Source: Chlorokybus atmophyticus (Eukaryota; Plantae; Mesostigma and Chlorokybus algae). From it: a DNA stretch of 64,000 nt. Both the position numbers and the translations under genes were made by a program. The stretch spans positions 579,116-643,115 of the forward strand of contig RHPI01003642.1 in assembly GCA_009103225.1 (NCBI GenBank), given 5' to 3'. Below are positions 48,806-64,000 of this stretch, piece by piece. Numbering within the stretch: position 1 is the first letter of the stretch; every line of letters begins with the position of its first letter. The notes under the pieces were generated by a model. That model did no database searches and was not told the DNA's origin. It saw only the letters and a list, made by a program, of their open reading frames with translations.

Positions 48806-49797
48806 TAGTAGCAGTGTTCGTTATTGGTACACATGCAATCAACGTGTACTCATGGTGACAAATGAATGCGTACAGGATATGCTGCCAGTAGTGTGACTCT
48901 GAACATACGCCCCAATGTAGCAGTCATGTAGTCTACGGTTATGGTTGTGAAAGTCCATTGCTAAAGCCTGATGCGTCTTCTGCAGACATGAAAGTGTGAC
49001 GGACAGCATGACGACTATTGAGATTACAATCTTTCAGCCAGCCCAGATTGAAGCCCTAGTTCCGGTATTAGGCTGTAGGTCAACCAGTTGCAACCCCTTT
49101 GTCTGGGCATGTGCTAGGTTTCTGTTGTGTATAGCGTTGTCGTGTCGACTGTCCATGCTTGAAGGATTGTTCGTGTACTGCTTGTTCTCGCTGCATACTC
49201 GTTGCGGTGAATGAGCCAGGCAGTACTGTGTCACCCACGTGCATATGTATACAGATGGTGAGCGGGATTCTGTGTCATCAGACATGGTGATTGCACACGC
49301 TGACCAGCTGCATTAGCAGGCACTATCAGCGTCCTGGACTAGGGTCCTGCTAGGATGCTGTGTACGATCATGCCCGGTAGCCGTGCTTGCAAGCCTGCTT
49401 ATGTGGCAAATTAGACACAAAGTCACGCTTCATGTCAACCTACCAGGCTGATCTTGTATCACACTTAGTCGTTACATGCCACTATCAGGAAACCTGCGAC
49501 ATCAATTTGCTGCTAGTGGTCTACATGGAAGGCACGAGCCATCAACAACCAGATTGTCCTCAGTGGAGAAGGCATTGAGCGCACAGCTTGGCACTCTGAC
49601 CCATTTGTAAGCCGTTTTTGAAACCCATGGCTGCATACTGTGGCACTGCGCAAGGCCGCGTACAACGAGTCCACTACCAAATTTGTGTTTGTACGTGACA
49701 CAATCATATAGGCAGAAGCACGAGACTCCACAACCCATTCACTGCAAGCGACAGGGTCAGCACAATCAACAACAGCACCTTTTAAACAAATACAGCA

Positions 49798-53460
<3,663 letters not shown>

Positions 53461-53494
53461 CTTTCTCTCCCCACTCCCATGCAGGCCAACCTCA

Positions 53495-53668
53495 CTAACC
53501 CTAACCCCAACCCCAACCCCAACCACCCCCACCTCGCCGCCGCTGCCGCGCCTTGGCCAAATCACGTGGCGGCGCACAAACCACCGACCGCCGACAAGAG
53601 TCGGCGCAATCAACACATGCAATGGCGGGGGCGACGTGGCCGTCTGGCAGCGTAGAGAACTAGGGTTT
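53495..53668. promoter_or_regulatory. Telo-box (TAGGGTTT, 53661-53668) and degenerate CCCTAA/CCCCAA repeats in the KATNAL2/OHP1 divergent promoter
   Basis: Exact reverse complement of the plant telo-box AAACCCTA, plus ctaaccctaaccccaaccccaacccc at 53495-53520. Function inferred. Confidence 0.4.
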
Positions 53669-53747
53669 GTGAGCAAGAAGAAAATTGGCAGTACAGTACC
53701 ACTGAGCTAGCGGTGGTGGCGGTGGTGTGGTTGTCGTGGTCGGCGTC

Positions 53748-54715
53748 ATGGCTGCGGTGGCGTGTGCCGGAGCTGCGGTCTCGCTCGCGTCGAGCTCGTC
53801 CTCCAGCTTCTCGGCGGCGGGGCTGCCGGCGCTCAGGCAGCAAAGCAGGTGAGTGGACCGGGTGTGATACCCCTGGCAAAAACCAACAATGCAGCACGTG
53901 TGCAGGGCAGTTGGTCAAAACAGTACCGGCAATAACAGAAGCACAATGCAGCACACGAGCAAGAAGGTTGCTTACGACAGCGTTGACGCATTGTTGAAAG
54001 GCATCAGCGTACTACTTTGCATTCTGTGGCATGTCGTCGAGCAATGGGGTCCAGAATAGTGAGCATCAATTTGGGCTCAGCAATAGCCTTCATCTGTACG
54101 CCATGGCTTCTGGGCCGCGGTGATAGAAACAGATCAGGCCCATCGACAGCGGAATTGATGGTGTTGTGACGCGTGTGCTGTGGCTGCAGGCAAGGGCGGC
54201 ATAGCAGCAGATTAGGTGCAGCAACCAGCTCCAGGCGTCAGGCCGTGGCCATGAGCGCGTCCGGAGCACCCCGCCCAGACGTAAGCAGTGGCTGCTGCAT
54301 TGCAACACTGTGTGCCATAAAGTTGAGCATGAGGTTGAAATATAACGTGTATGTCCGCTGCGCATGCTTGACAGCCCTGTTGATGAGGCTAGCTGTGGTT
54401 GTGGACTTACATTGTGCGTGTGTGGGTACTACTACCAGCAAGTGATCCAGCCCAAGAGGCAACCCAAGCTGTCGGTCAACATCTTCGGCTTCACGGAGGC
54501 AGCGGAGGTGCTCAACTCGCGCGCCGCCATGCTCGGCCTCATTGGCATTGTTATTGTGGAAGCGGTGAGTAGCTTGTGTGTTTGGTGTGGTGCTCCCTGT
54601 TTGGTTGGTGTGTCTCGATGACACCATGAGTATTGTTTGTGTGCAGATCATTGGACATGGTTTCTTGGAGACCGTTGGCATCACTGTGGGCAAGGGTCTT
54701 GACATTGCGTTTTAG
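53748..54715 (+). CDS. OHP1: One-helix protein 1 (HLIP-like, LHC superfamily), 4 exons, plastid-targeted
   Basis: Ser/Ala-rich transit peptide; NIFGFTEAAEVLNSRAAMLGLIGIVIVEA|IIGHGFLETVGITVGKGLDIAF-stop has the ExxNxRxAM chlorophyll-binding motif and the OHP1-type GKGLD tail. Confidence 0.9.
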
Positions 54716-55138
54716 GAGAGCATTGGACATATATGACACTTATGTAGTATATCTACGCACGGTAGACGTTTGCTCTGACAGGTCTAAAATAGGTGCACGC
54801 CTTTTTGCTCTGTTACATACCTTTCAGTCGACACCTATTGGTTGCTGAGCTCGACCAGAAGCTGTATTCATGTTGGCACTGTGCATGCTGTCGCAGATGA
54901 TGGGTTTGAACTTGGACATAAGTTGAGCTTTCTTGCTTGCAGTCAGCACGCTGAACCTATTTTTGCAATGATTCAGCCAGAGCAATGCGCACTTTGTAAA
55001 CTTGCAGACTGGTGTGCAACTGAACATTGTTGGATAGGAGTTCGCATGCTGTACACACATCCAAGGTGCACTCACTGCATGTTGGGAGTACAGTTTACAC
55101 GGTATGTACACAGCTAGTAGCCCCTGCATGTGCCTAAT

Positions 55139-56900
55139 TCAAGTCCAGTCTGTCACTTTCTGGCGTATGCAGAGCGTGAACCTGTTCAAGCCAAGCGCTG
55201 AGCTGAAGCACACCAGGTTGAGGAAGAGCAGTGCGAGGTACCTGATACACACGCGCACGGGTTGTTGCATGGATACAAACCGACAAGAGATGCACTTGTC
55301 CTTTATGCTTCATACACATGCCCACAAGGCCTGTATGAACTGTCGGTTCATGTGCAGTTGCATAGCGGTTCATCTTACCACAAAGGCGCGGCGGGTGTGT
55401 AAAGGTCCATGAAAAAGTACTGCCAACTGCATGACATGCGCAAGCAAGAGTCATCTGAAGAGACATGCCTGAATGTATGCACACATGTTATTCAGCATCT
55501 GGACAATCACCGAGACTGACCTTCCTCCAGACGCGTGGTACGCCCACTGAAAAACGGTGTACGAGCAGGACCACAGTAGCACGTACGCAAAATGGTGAGA
55601 TAGAAAGGGCTGCGACAGCAAGACAACATGCAAACATAAGCAACACTGCGCATACAATGCAGAAGAATCAAACGTATTACAAGTACACCTCACCAGGTCT
55701 GTTGCAACCACCTCAACCAACATGAACACCGCGTTTGCTGCGTGCTGATTCAGGCTCAACTGCACGGTTGACAGCTGTGAGACAACCTGCAGCAGAAACC
55801 CCATCTAATGAAATGCGTGTAGAATGCGTACGTAGTTTATGAAGACGTAGCCATGGCCTTCAGCCCGCGCTTTCGGGTACAGCACGCACCATGTGACGAT
55901 GTCCACAAATAGCACCATCGTCATGCATACCTGCACACACGTCAATGTGGTATACTGTTTCATTTCATTGCATTCGTGCGCGCATGACGACTATCACAAC
56001 CGTACGCACCTGCTGCAGGACAAGGAAGGCGTAGCCGTCCCACCATATCGGCGTGAAGCGGTCGAATGTGTATACGACGTCAGCGGGTGAGTCCCCAACT
56101 CCAGCCTCGATGTCGAGAGAGTTGGGTGAAGACGACGGCGGGTCCTCCTCGACAGCACCGCCACTTTTCGGGTTATCGTTTTCACCATTGCCATTGGTGT
56201 CATCCGACGAGGAAGCCACTTGTTGCAACATTGGCTCATCCTCCGCCACCCCCTCCGCCTCATTGTCAACCAACCCATATCGTTGTTGCTTCAACTGCTG
56301 TTTGCTCCTGTGCACAGCAACCACGCCCCGCAGCGATAACGCCGCACCCAACTGCAGCAAGAAGAGGATTGGCAACATGCTTGACGACAGAAGACACAAC
56401 ACGCGTGGAGAGACCTCCATGTTGTGTATATGTGTGACTCACATGCATGAGAAGTACACTGCATTCAACTACTACTCATGATCAGCTTTGCATGTAGCAC
56501 TCACCCCAAAGTACGCTGTAAGCAGCACAAAATTCCACCTGAAGGTCAGGCCAAAATATCACTTGCGCACACGCTCCAACACAACGACACACAACCCAAC
56601 AACCCAACACACCAATCCTCTCCAAACTACTTACGATGTAAACCACGTGAACGTGAACGCTCCATGCCTGCTTGCGTCCCATACGGTTAGCCCGGCAAGA
56701 TACGTGAACGCCGCGACGCGGTAGCACAACAGGGAGCGATAGTACTTTGGACTAGTGCCAAAGATGTCGCCATAGCGCACGGACCACACCGTGTCGTGGG
56801 ACTCGGTGCCGTCGCGCTCGCGGGAGAACAACAGGTGGAGGGACAGAGAGACCACGACAGCAAAGACGGCGAAGACGACCAGCGCGGGCCACAGAACCAT
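55139..56900 (-). CDS. Multipass membrane protein of the plant rolling-stone/FAR-17a-like family
   Basis: Hydrophobic exons: VLFVDIVTWCVLYP, NQHAANAVFMLVEV, FAYVLLWSCSYTVFQWAYHA, WYLALLFLNLVCF...DWT-stop. The HxxNAVF / FQWxxHA pattern is typical of this family. Confidence 0.7.
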
Positions 56901-57864
56901 CCGAGGAGAGGAATGGGAGGGAGTCAGACAACTTGGGTTGTGAAAGGCATGTTTACGTGGGTTCTGCGCTATGTGGCAGCATCAACTGTATGTAATGCGG
57001 CGCGTGGAATCCTGCCAAACGCAAGAACACAGCTTTGGTAGGTGAAATGAGTACTGCTGTGCCTTTGTCAACATGCATGCGGATGATGGATCTTGTGGTA
57101 ACACAGCACGCAGCCTGCCCACAGCATGCAAGCTGGCAGCAGGCGTGTTGATGGGTTGCCTGGTGCATGATCAACAATGAGCCAAGCAGCGTGCAAGGCT
57201 TCTGCGAGAGCTATGCGAGTTTGTGGTAGTGCATGCGCACAGGTTGGTTCAAGGTTTGAGGGTGCCTTCAGCACGCACAAGTGCTGGTGGTGGCAAAGTG
57301 CGTGCATACGACTAGATGTGCAAACGCAGCTAGCATGAGTGTTGATCACTGTCGATGCGAGCATGCGCGTCTGCAGCTGGCTTGGCCACATAGCAGCTTC
57401 GCAGCTGGCCTTGTTGGCCAAGCCGGCACTTGTGAACGACAAGTACATCGACAATGTGCGGGCAGTCAACCTCCTTATCTTCACACTTCGGCGCGTTGAA
57501 CAACAGCCGAGGATGAGGACGGTAGGTAGCGGCAGCAAAACATTGCTATTATGGTGTGACTCAGCAACATGTTTTGCATACAAAGTTATCCTATGCAACT
57601 GACTTGACGCTCAGCCCGTAACAACCCAAAGCACTCAACTCACCTTGCTTGCGCCTCTAATTTGAAAGAAGTAACTCTGTGTAAAGCGCCTATGGCTTCG
57701 TGTAAACTCAAACAGCGACCTAGTTGGAGTCCTAGTCCACCTCCTCGTCCTCGTCGCCGTCCTCCTCGCCGCCCGCACTGCAGCGCCGCCGCCTGTGCCC
57801 CCCCGTTACAGCAGCACAACAACCAAGAAGGGCCACGCCGGCCGAAACGTCAACAAGCAGCAGG

Positions 57865-58632
57865 ATGGGCGGCGGTGGAGTGACGGCGGCGGCGGCGACG
57901 CTCGCTCACTCTTCGCCTTGCGGCTGCTGGCCCCCTTCCTTCTTCTCTACTCCATCCTCCTCCGCCTCCTCCTTCGCCGCCGCACCGTTCTCCTGGCACG
58001 AGGCGAGGTGCCGGCGTTTCAGGCAGCCATCGCGCCTCAGTCGACACAGGCTGAGCCCAGGTTTGGCTTTGTGAATCAGTCAAGCAAAGCATCCAAATAG
58101 TGAACAGCAGTGAGAAACAGTCAGCATTGACCCTGCTTAACTACATTGCCTGCGTTGGGCTGCATGCCATGTAGTTGTGTGCCGTCAGGCTGCATTGCGC
58201 ATAGCACAGTCTCTAGACAATGGTCGATGCATATGTTGCACAAATGCCCCGCAACCAGTTTATATACAGTCGACATATTAGTGGCTGCATGTGCCTGCTC
58301 TGGAAGCACGCATGTACACGTGCATGCTTGCACCTGTACAGTGGTGCCAGCAGGGTACAATGCAGACATGATGCCCACTGGCATGATCACCATTTTTACA
58401 CCGCAACCACCGTTGTTTCAGTGTTTCGTCTGTGCATGCTACACTCATTGTCATTCACACTTTCTGCAGCGCAACAGTTGGACAGGAGGAGACCAGCAGT
58501 TGCGTGCGCGTTGAGCAGTGATGATGACCACAGCAAAGAGGACTTGCAAGGGGAGCGCGTCGTGGTATTAACTCGTATGCAACAGACCTGAGACTGTCTC
58601 GCAAGGCTTGTGAACCAGCTACGTTTGTCTGT

Positions 58633-58663
<31 letters not shown>

Positions 58664-61122
58664 TGTGCATTTACATGTGTGTGTGCGCATGTTCATGTGT
58701 TTGTGTGTTTTCTTTTCTCAGGTGGTTGGGTTGGGTGCGTCGGGTAGGACAGCTGCCCGGCTGGCTCTTGCATGCGGCGCAAGCGAGGTCATCGGGGTGG
58801 ACGCCCGCACAGGCCTCCAAACCCTGCAGGTGAGAGAGGCACGCACGCGCAGTATATTGTAGCAACAAGCCCAACACACACATACACACCACCTCTTACC
58901 CAGGACGACCCGTTGTTTCGCGACGCGGATCTGTCGAGGGTGAGGACTGAGTTGGGTGGTGGCTACGCCCAACGCGAGACCCTCCTCTCCGCCTCCCGCC
59001 TCGTGCTCTCCCCCGGCGTGCCGCCCTACCAACCGGACGTTGCGGCCGCCGTCGTAAAGGCAAGTGTTGGGGTTAGCGACAACAGTCACACGCATTGCGT
59101 GAGACACAACGTGACAAGTGGTCACCACACCATCAGGGTGTGAGGGCGGTGTCGGAGGTGGCCTTCGCGGCGGAGTCGTTGCCGAAAGGTGTGTCCGTTG
59201 CTGCCATCACGGGCACCAACGGCAAGTCCACCGTCACCACCTTCACTGGACAGGCACTAAGTAGTGACGACACGTAGCGCACTTTATGCTGGGTTGTACA
59301 CTCAAGTGTGTCATTCTCTGAGTTGGTCATAGTGTCTCATTCTCTTACAGTTGTTGGAGGCTGCGGGCGTGCCAACATTCACGGGCGGCAACCTCGGAAC
59401 GCCGCTGTCGGTGGCTGCGTTGGCGTGTTGGAAGAACCCGCACGCGTACCAGGTACAAGAGTTGGAATTGCATTGGTAAGCCAACCATAACTTGATGTTG
59501 GTACTCACACAACGTGCTTTGCTCAAACACGCAGGCCGCGGTTGTCGAGATCAGCAGCTACATGATGGACTTCCCGGGAGCCTTCCATCCAAAGGTACGG
59601 TGGCTTGTGGTAACATGTTGTGTCACTCACCCAGGAGTATGCAGGTCTATTTCAACCACTCTCACCCACATGTCCACATCCTCCAGGTTGGCATTATCCT
59701 CAACCTCACCCCCGACCACATGGAGAGGCACAAGACGATGGAGAACTACGGCGCTGTGAAGACGCGCGTCTTTGCCAACATGGGCTTCAGCGACGTGGCC
59801 ATCATCCCGCAAGCGGACGCGCTGCTTCGCAGACTAGCCACCGAAAGCAAAAGCCGAGCGCAGCGCGCGTGGATCGGAGGCCTGCCTGGCGTGCAGGCAC
59901 GTGCGTGCGCGTGCGTGCGTGCGTGTGGGTCGTGCATACGCGTGCGCGTGCTCGTTTGCGCACACATGTACGTATGCGTGCCCTTGAAGTCTCATATTGT
60001 CGTGTTGTATAGTTGGACTCGCAGTGTCAAAGGGCCATTGTGTCGGTGCCGGGCGGTGGTCCGGAGGCGCTGCTGGATCTGACGGTGTTGCAGGCGGTGG
60101 GGAAGCACAACGCGCTGAACGCGGCGTGCGCGGCCCTGCTGGCCCTGTCGCTGGGGATCCCCGCCGTCACGCCCGAGAACGTGCAGGCCGCCCTACCGCT
60201 GCTCGAACCGCCCCCACACCGCATGTCAAAAGGTGCACGCATGTGGGTGGGTGGGTGGGTGTGCGCATGCACGTGATCGCGCTTGTGTGCATGCAAGCAT
60301 GTTTGTGTACATGCGCATGTGCTTGTGCGTTTGTGCTTGCATACGTGTTTGCGCCTTTGCATGCATGCGCACAATTGTGCATGTGTTGAGAGGAGGAAGT
60401 TATCTTGTGCATGCGTGTGTAAACGCTGGCACTTGCGATTCCCTGTGCAGTTGGGGACGATGAGCGAGGTGTGCTTTGGATAGACGACTCCAAGGCCACC
60501 AACATTGAGTCGACACTGGTTGGTGTGGAGGGTGTCCCGCGCAAGTCTGTTGTCCTTCTCGGTGGCCAGGCAAAGGTAACAAATAAGCGCTCAGAAGCCC
60601 TGAAAGGTGCAAGCAGCTCTGAAAACCAGCGATATACGTTGTGTACTTTGCAGGAGGGTGTTGCAGAGAAAGGACTTGGATTCAACTTGCTAGTGCCCTT
60701 GCTGGAACGGCACCGCGCTGTCGTCTCGGTATGCTCCCAATCACACAACATCACACGCATTGTGGGCATGCTTACTTACGGTGTTGTGCAGTTTGGAGAG
60801 TCCGGAGACAAGATAGCGGCCGAGCTGGCGGAGTGCGGGCTGAAGTGTCCGCTGCACAGAGCAGAGGGTTTGGCTCAAGCGGTGGAGATGGCACGAAGCT
60901 TGGCGCAACCAGGTGAGCTACATGAGCTGTGTGGAGTTGCATGCACACATGCGTATGTCACATCTTCTTGTTGTGCTGCTGGCAGGTGATGCGGTGCTGC
61001 TGAGCCCGGCTTGCGCCAGCTTTGACGAGTTTCGGAATTTCATGCATCGGGGTGAAGTCTTCGCGCAGCTGGCTTTGCAACAACAACAGCAACCTGTCAA
61101 GGCTGCGCAAGGGCATATATGA
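57865..61122 (+). CDS. murD: Plastid-targeted UDP-N-acetylmuramoyl-L-alanine:D-glutamate ligase (MurD), about 13 exons
   Basis: Ser/Arg-rich transit-like exon 1; [57 protein letters not shown]...[50 protein letters not shown]. Confidence 0.95.
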
Positions 61123-61744
61123 GACTTCAAGGATGGATACGCTGTCCGAGTGCTGCTTGATGGCCTTGGACGCAGCGTTGTCAATGAGTCGTTGACAAAC
61201 GCGCTGTGCCGATATGCGTAGTGTTGCTTGTAATACACATTGCAGTCTCTGACTTGTGTGGTTGGGTATATACTGTTGCAATACAGCTTGCCGCCACGCC
61301 AGCGTGTGTTGGGCGTTGGAGACCCATGCATGTTACTATACTTGCAATTGGTCTACCTTGCTACTGTGAGTTGAGTGATCAACATTGCCCATGCACAACC
61401 CACATCATGAAGTTTACGTGACCACACATACCCCTCTATTATATCGACGGACAAGCACAGACACAGCCATATGGCCACATATGTCACGATCCCAATCACA
61501 ACACCATTCAGCGTGCTGACCATCAGCCCAACAGCACGTCTGCTCATATGAGCATGCAAGGTCATCATGACACGACCACACGAAGTTCCACGCATCACTG
61601 CATACTTCACACCACCAGGGACATCCATGAATATATTGAGTTGTAGCGTGCTATGTGAGGGATCACGCAGTGACAACCATGTCAGTGCACGAAGGTAAGA
61701 TTGCATTGCACATACAGTGCAACAGTCACCTACACTACGCTGCG

Positions 61745-64000
61745 CTAAGCCACGCTCTCAGCCTGTCCACCAGGCTCTGGCTCTGGCTCCATTGGCACTG
61801 CATCATCGGGCGCGGGCAACTCCATATGTACCTCACCGAACATGTTGCCTTCTGGCTCTTCTGGTGCACCAGAACCACCTGGATGAGATGCATGAGCTGG
61901 TTGCTCTTCCTGAAAAGGCTGTGAGGTTGTTGGCATCTCTGTCGTCATCGCATCCACAGTGAAAGCTTGTGAGGCTCGCAGCAATTGCTGTTGGTCGCCT
62001 GTTGCTCCAGCCCTGAGTTCGGCAGCCTCTTTGTCGCTGTGTGCCGAAACCTTGCGCTTGTGCCGTTTGGGCGCTGTGGCGGTGGCGAGAGCAGACTCTT
62101 TGCCACTGAACTTGCTCGACACGTGGTGCAGCATCCGCTCAATGTCCTTCAGATAGTGCCGGAACTGGTCCAGAGCCTCTGGTCTGTCCACATGCTGCAG
62201 GTTCTTCATAATGTCGGACATGGCCATGGTGATGTTGCTCTCGGCATCACCGACGGGTTGGTAGTGCTGGGCCATGGCACCATCTGCATAACATGCCGTC
62301 ACTGTCATTGCGCATGTAGTACACACACGGTTTCCTAGCGTGCACCCTACCCGTAAGAGTACCATGGGCGAGGGTGGCATTGCCTTCTGCGTGCTCAGTG
62401 ATACCGAGCTCCATGGAGCTCGTCTCTTGCTGGTGCCGCTGGTCTTCAGCAGTCAAACCAACTTCATGATTGCCATTGTATGAGACGTGTCCACCTGCAC
62501 AGGAGAAGAAGTAAGCCACACAGGAAACATGGCAGTCGTCTGTGTTCTGTGTTCACTCATATCATCCTAAACTGCTTCCTACCCGCAGAGGCTTCACCCG
62601 ATGGCTCGATGATAGTAAGGGAAGGATGAGCAGCATGGTTGGAATGCGGGCGATTGATCTGGATGACCACGATGTCAGGCTCGGCTCGGTAGCGTGTGAT
62701 GCTCATGCGAAAGGTGCAGCCGCAATTGAGGGGGTCGTTTGGCTTTTTCGGGTTGCCTCGACTGCATGCGTACGTTGTCTTCTCGAGTATGTTGGGCCCC
62801 CGCTTGCCCGGATCCCTCAAGGAGGCATTCTTCAGTGGTGACGGCATGGCCATATTCAAGCCGCCATCTCTGCTTTCACCGCCTCCTGCGCCTTCTTGCT
62901 GATGGGTGTTACCAGCTGCAGCTTCATCTGCAGCAGCATCTTGCTCTTGTTGGGCACCACTTGCTGACACCTCGAGAGTCTTGTTCTTGGCTGCTCGCCG
63001 CGTGGATCCCGTATTGACCTTCACGGTCATCACCAAGTCCATGCTGTTCTCCAGCTGGTATTGCAGCAGCCAGTCCCTCATCTGCTGCACCGGAAGCCTC
63101 ATCTCCGGCAACAGCTCTGCAACGCAGGCATGCTTATGGGATATGTATCAATCAATCAATCAAGCCCAAACACTCTGGGTACTGACCTGCTGCCTGAGGG
63201 TCTTCGCAATGCAAGTCAGCTGTTCTCACACCTCTGCTCAGCTCAGCACTCCCGTCAAACTGAACGGTGCAGCGCTTGCTCGTGAACGATGTGATATTCC
63301 CCGTGCGCCCGTAATTTACGCCGTATACACACCGCACTCGCTGTCCGGCTCCAGTGGGAGGCTCGCGAACTCCTGCATGCCAAGTGAACTGCATAAACAC
63401 ACCAGCACAGACTTTTACACTTGGTGCTTGGCATTCACCTTCAAACAAGGGGTGGAGATTCTGTCGGCTGACCCATTTCGTGCTCGAGCCTGTAGCCCCT
63501 GCCTCTTGGCCTGGCACGGGGTCCCAGACGATACGATACCGCAACCCTTTCTCATCCGCGTCGATGATGGTACCCGTGCGGTAGTTGTGCGTGTGGTTTA
63601 CTCGCGAGTGCAGCGGCAGCCGCAACGCTTCCGGATCAGTGCTTGCATCTGATGAGCAGATAAACAGACACCAAATACATCACGTACAACAAGGGGCGTA
63701 TGCGTATGTGTATAGGTGCATACATATCCACAACAGCATGGCTACCATGTGAAGCTATCAATCAACCTGGCAGAGCTAACAGCTTCTTCCGTCGCTTTGT
63801 TGGCTGTTTCCACAACGCCTCCTGAAGAGGTGCAGAGTACTCGTCTTCCACGCCTTGATCGGTGGTGGTGGCAGCCAAGTCCTCGCAGTGCAGGAGCGCC
63901 GTGCTGATCAGACTGCTGCTCCCGTCCTCGAACCACTTGATCAAACACTCCGCCTCCCTGAATTCGACCACTCGAGCCCGCTTGCCACACGTCTTGCCAT
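61745..64000 (-). CDS. Partial multi-exon gene: three Tudor/KOW-like barrels + FAR1/WRKY-GCM1-type (MULE) zinc DNA-binding domain; possibly transposon-derived; runs off the window
   Basis: Barrels RARVVEFREAECLIKWFEDG...LHCED, NYRTGTIIDADEKGLRYRIVWD, GQRVRCVYGVNYGRTGNITSFTSKRCTVQFDG...LHCED. Then YACSRG...NCGCTFRMSI...VVIQINRPHSNH. No DDE core is visible in the window. Confidence 0.6.

Noticed and set aside
57865-61122. Bacterial contamination or recent HGT of murD
   Set aside because: The gene has about 12 spliceosomal introns with host-type microsatellites and a transit-peptide-like exon.

Overview
Eukaryotic, intron-rich nuclear DNA (GT/GC-AG introns, microsatellite-laden introns, two N gaps). 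It most likely comes from a flagellated green alga. This is inference: photosynthesis genes (PsbQ, OHP1), axonemal genes (IQUB/FAP253-like, SHIPPO-repeat, KATNAL2-like) and a plastid-targeted peptidoglycan ligase MurD occur together, and several proteins look streptophyte-like, so an early streptophyte or prasinophyte-grade alga is plausible. Host genes in order: 3' end of an unknown gene, an ATRX-like SNF2 ATPase with C-terminal Tudor/Agenet-like barrels, a Dpy-30-motif protein, a SHIPPO-repeat protein, CutC, IQUB, PsbQ, a coiled-coil protein, KATNAL2, OHP1, a multipass membrane protein and MurD. Mobile DNA: (1) a 356-bp Tc2/pogo-type MITE; (2) a full-length but disabled 6.9-kb Ty3/gypsy chromovirus with hairpin-packed LTRs and an extra, degenerate adenine-methyltransferase-like domain between the gag zinc knuckle and the protease; (3) a complete 12.2-kb CACTA/EnSpm element (16-bp TIRs, CAT target-site duplication, subterminal repeat arrays) with an apparently intact ~1,360-aa transposase and two divergent cargo genes (SAM + barrel + Cys module; BED-like finger + WW-like + coiled coil) flanking a (TTAGGG)5 tract; (4) at the window end, a gene with three Tudor-like repeats and a FAR1/MULE-type DNA-binding domain. 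The multi-gene CACTA with candidate chromatin-reader cargo is the best candidate for an undescribed system. All domain calls are by-eye motif recognition, no searches were run, and many gene starts and splice sites are approximate.
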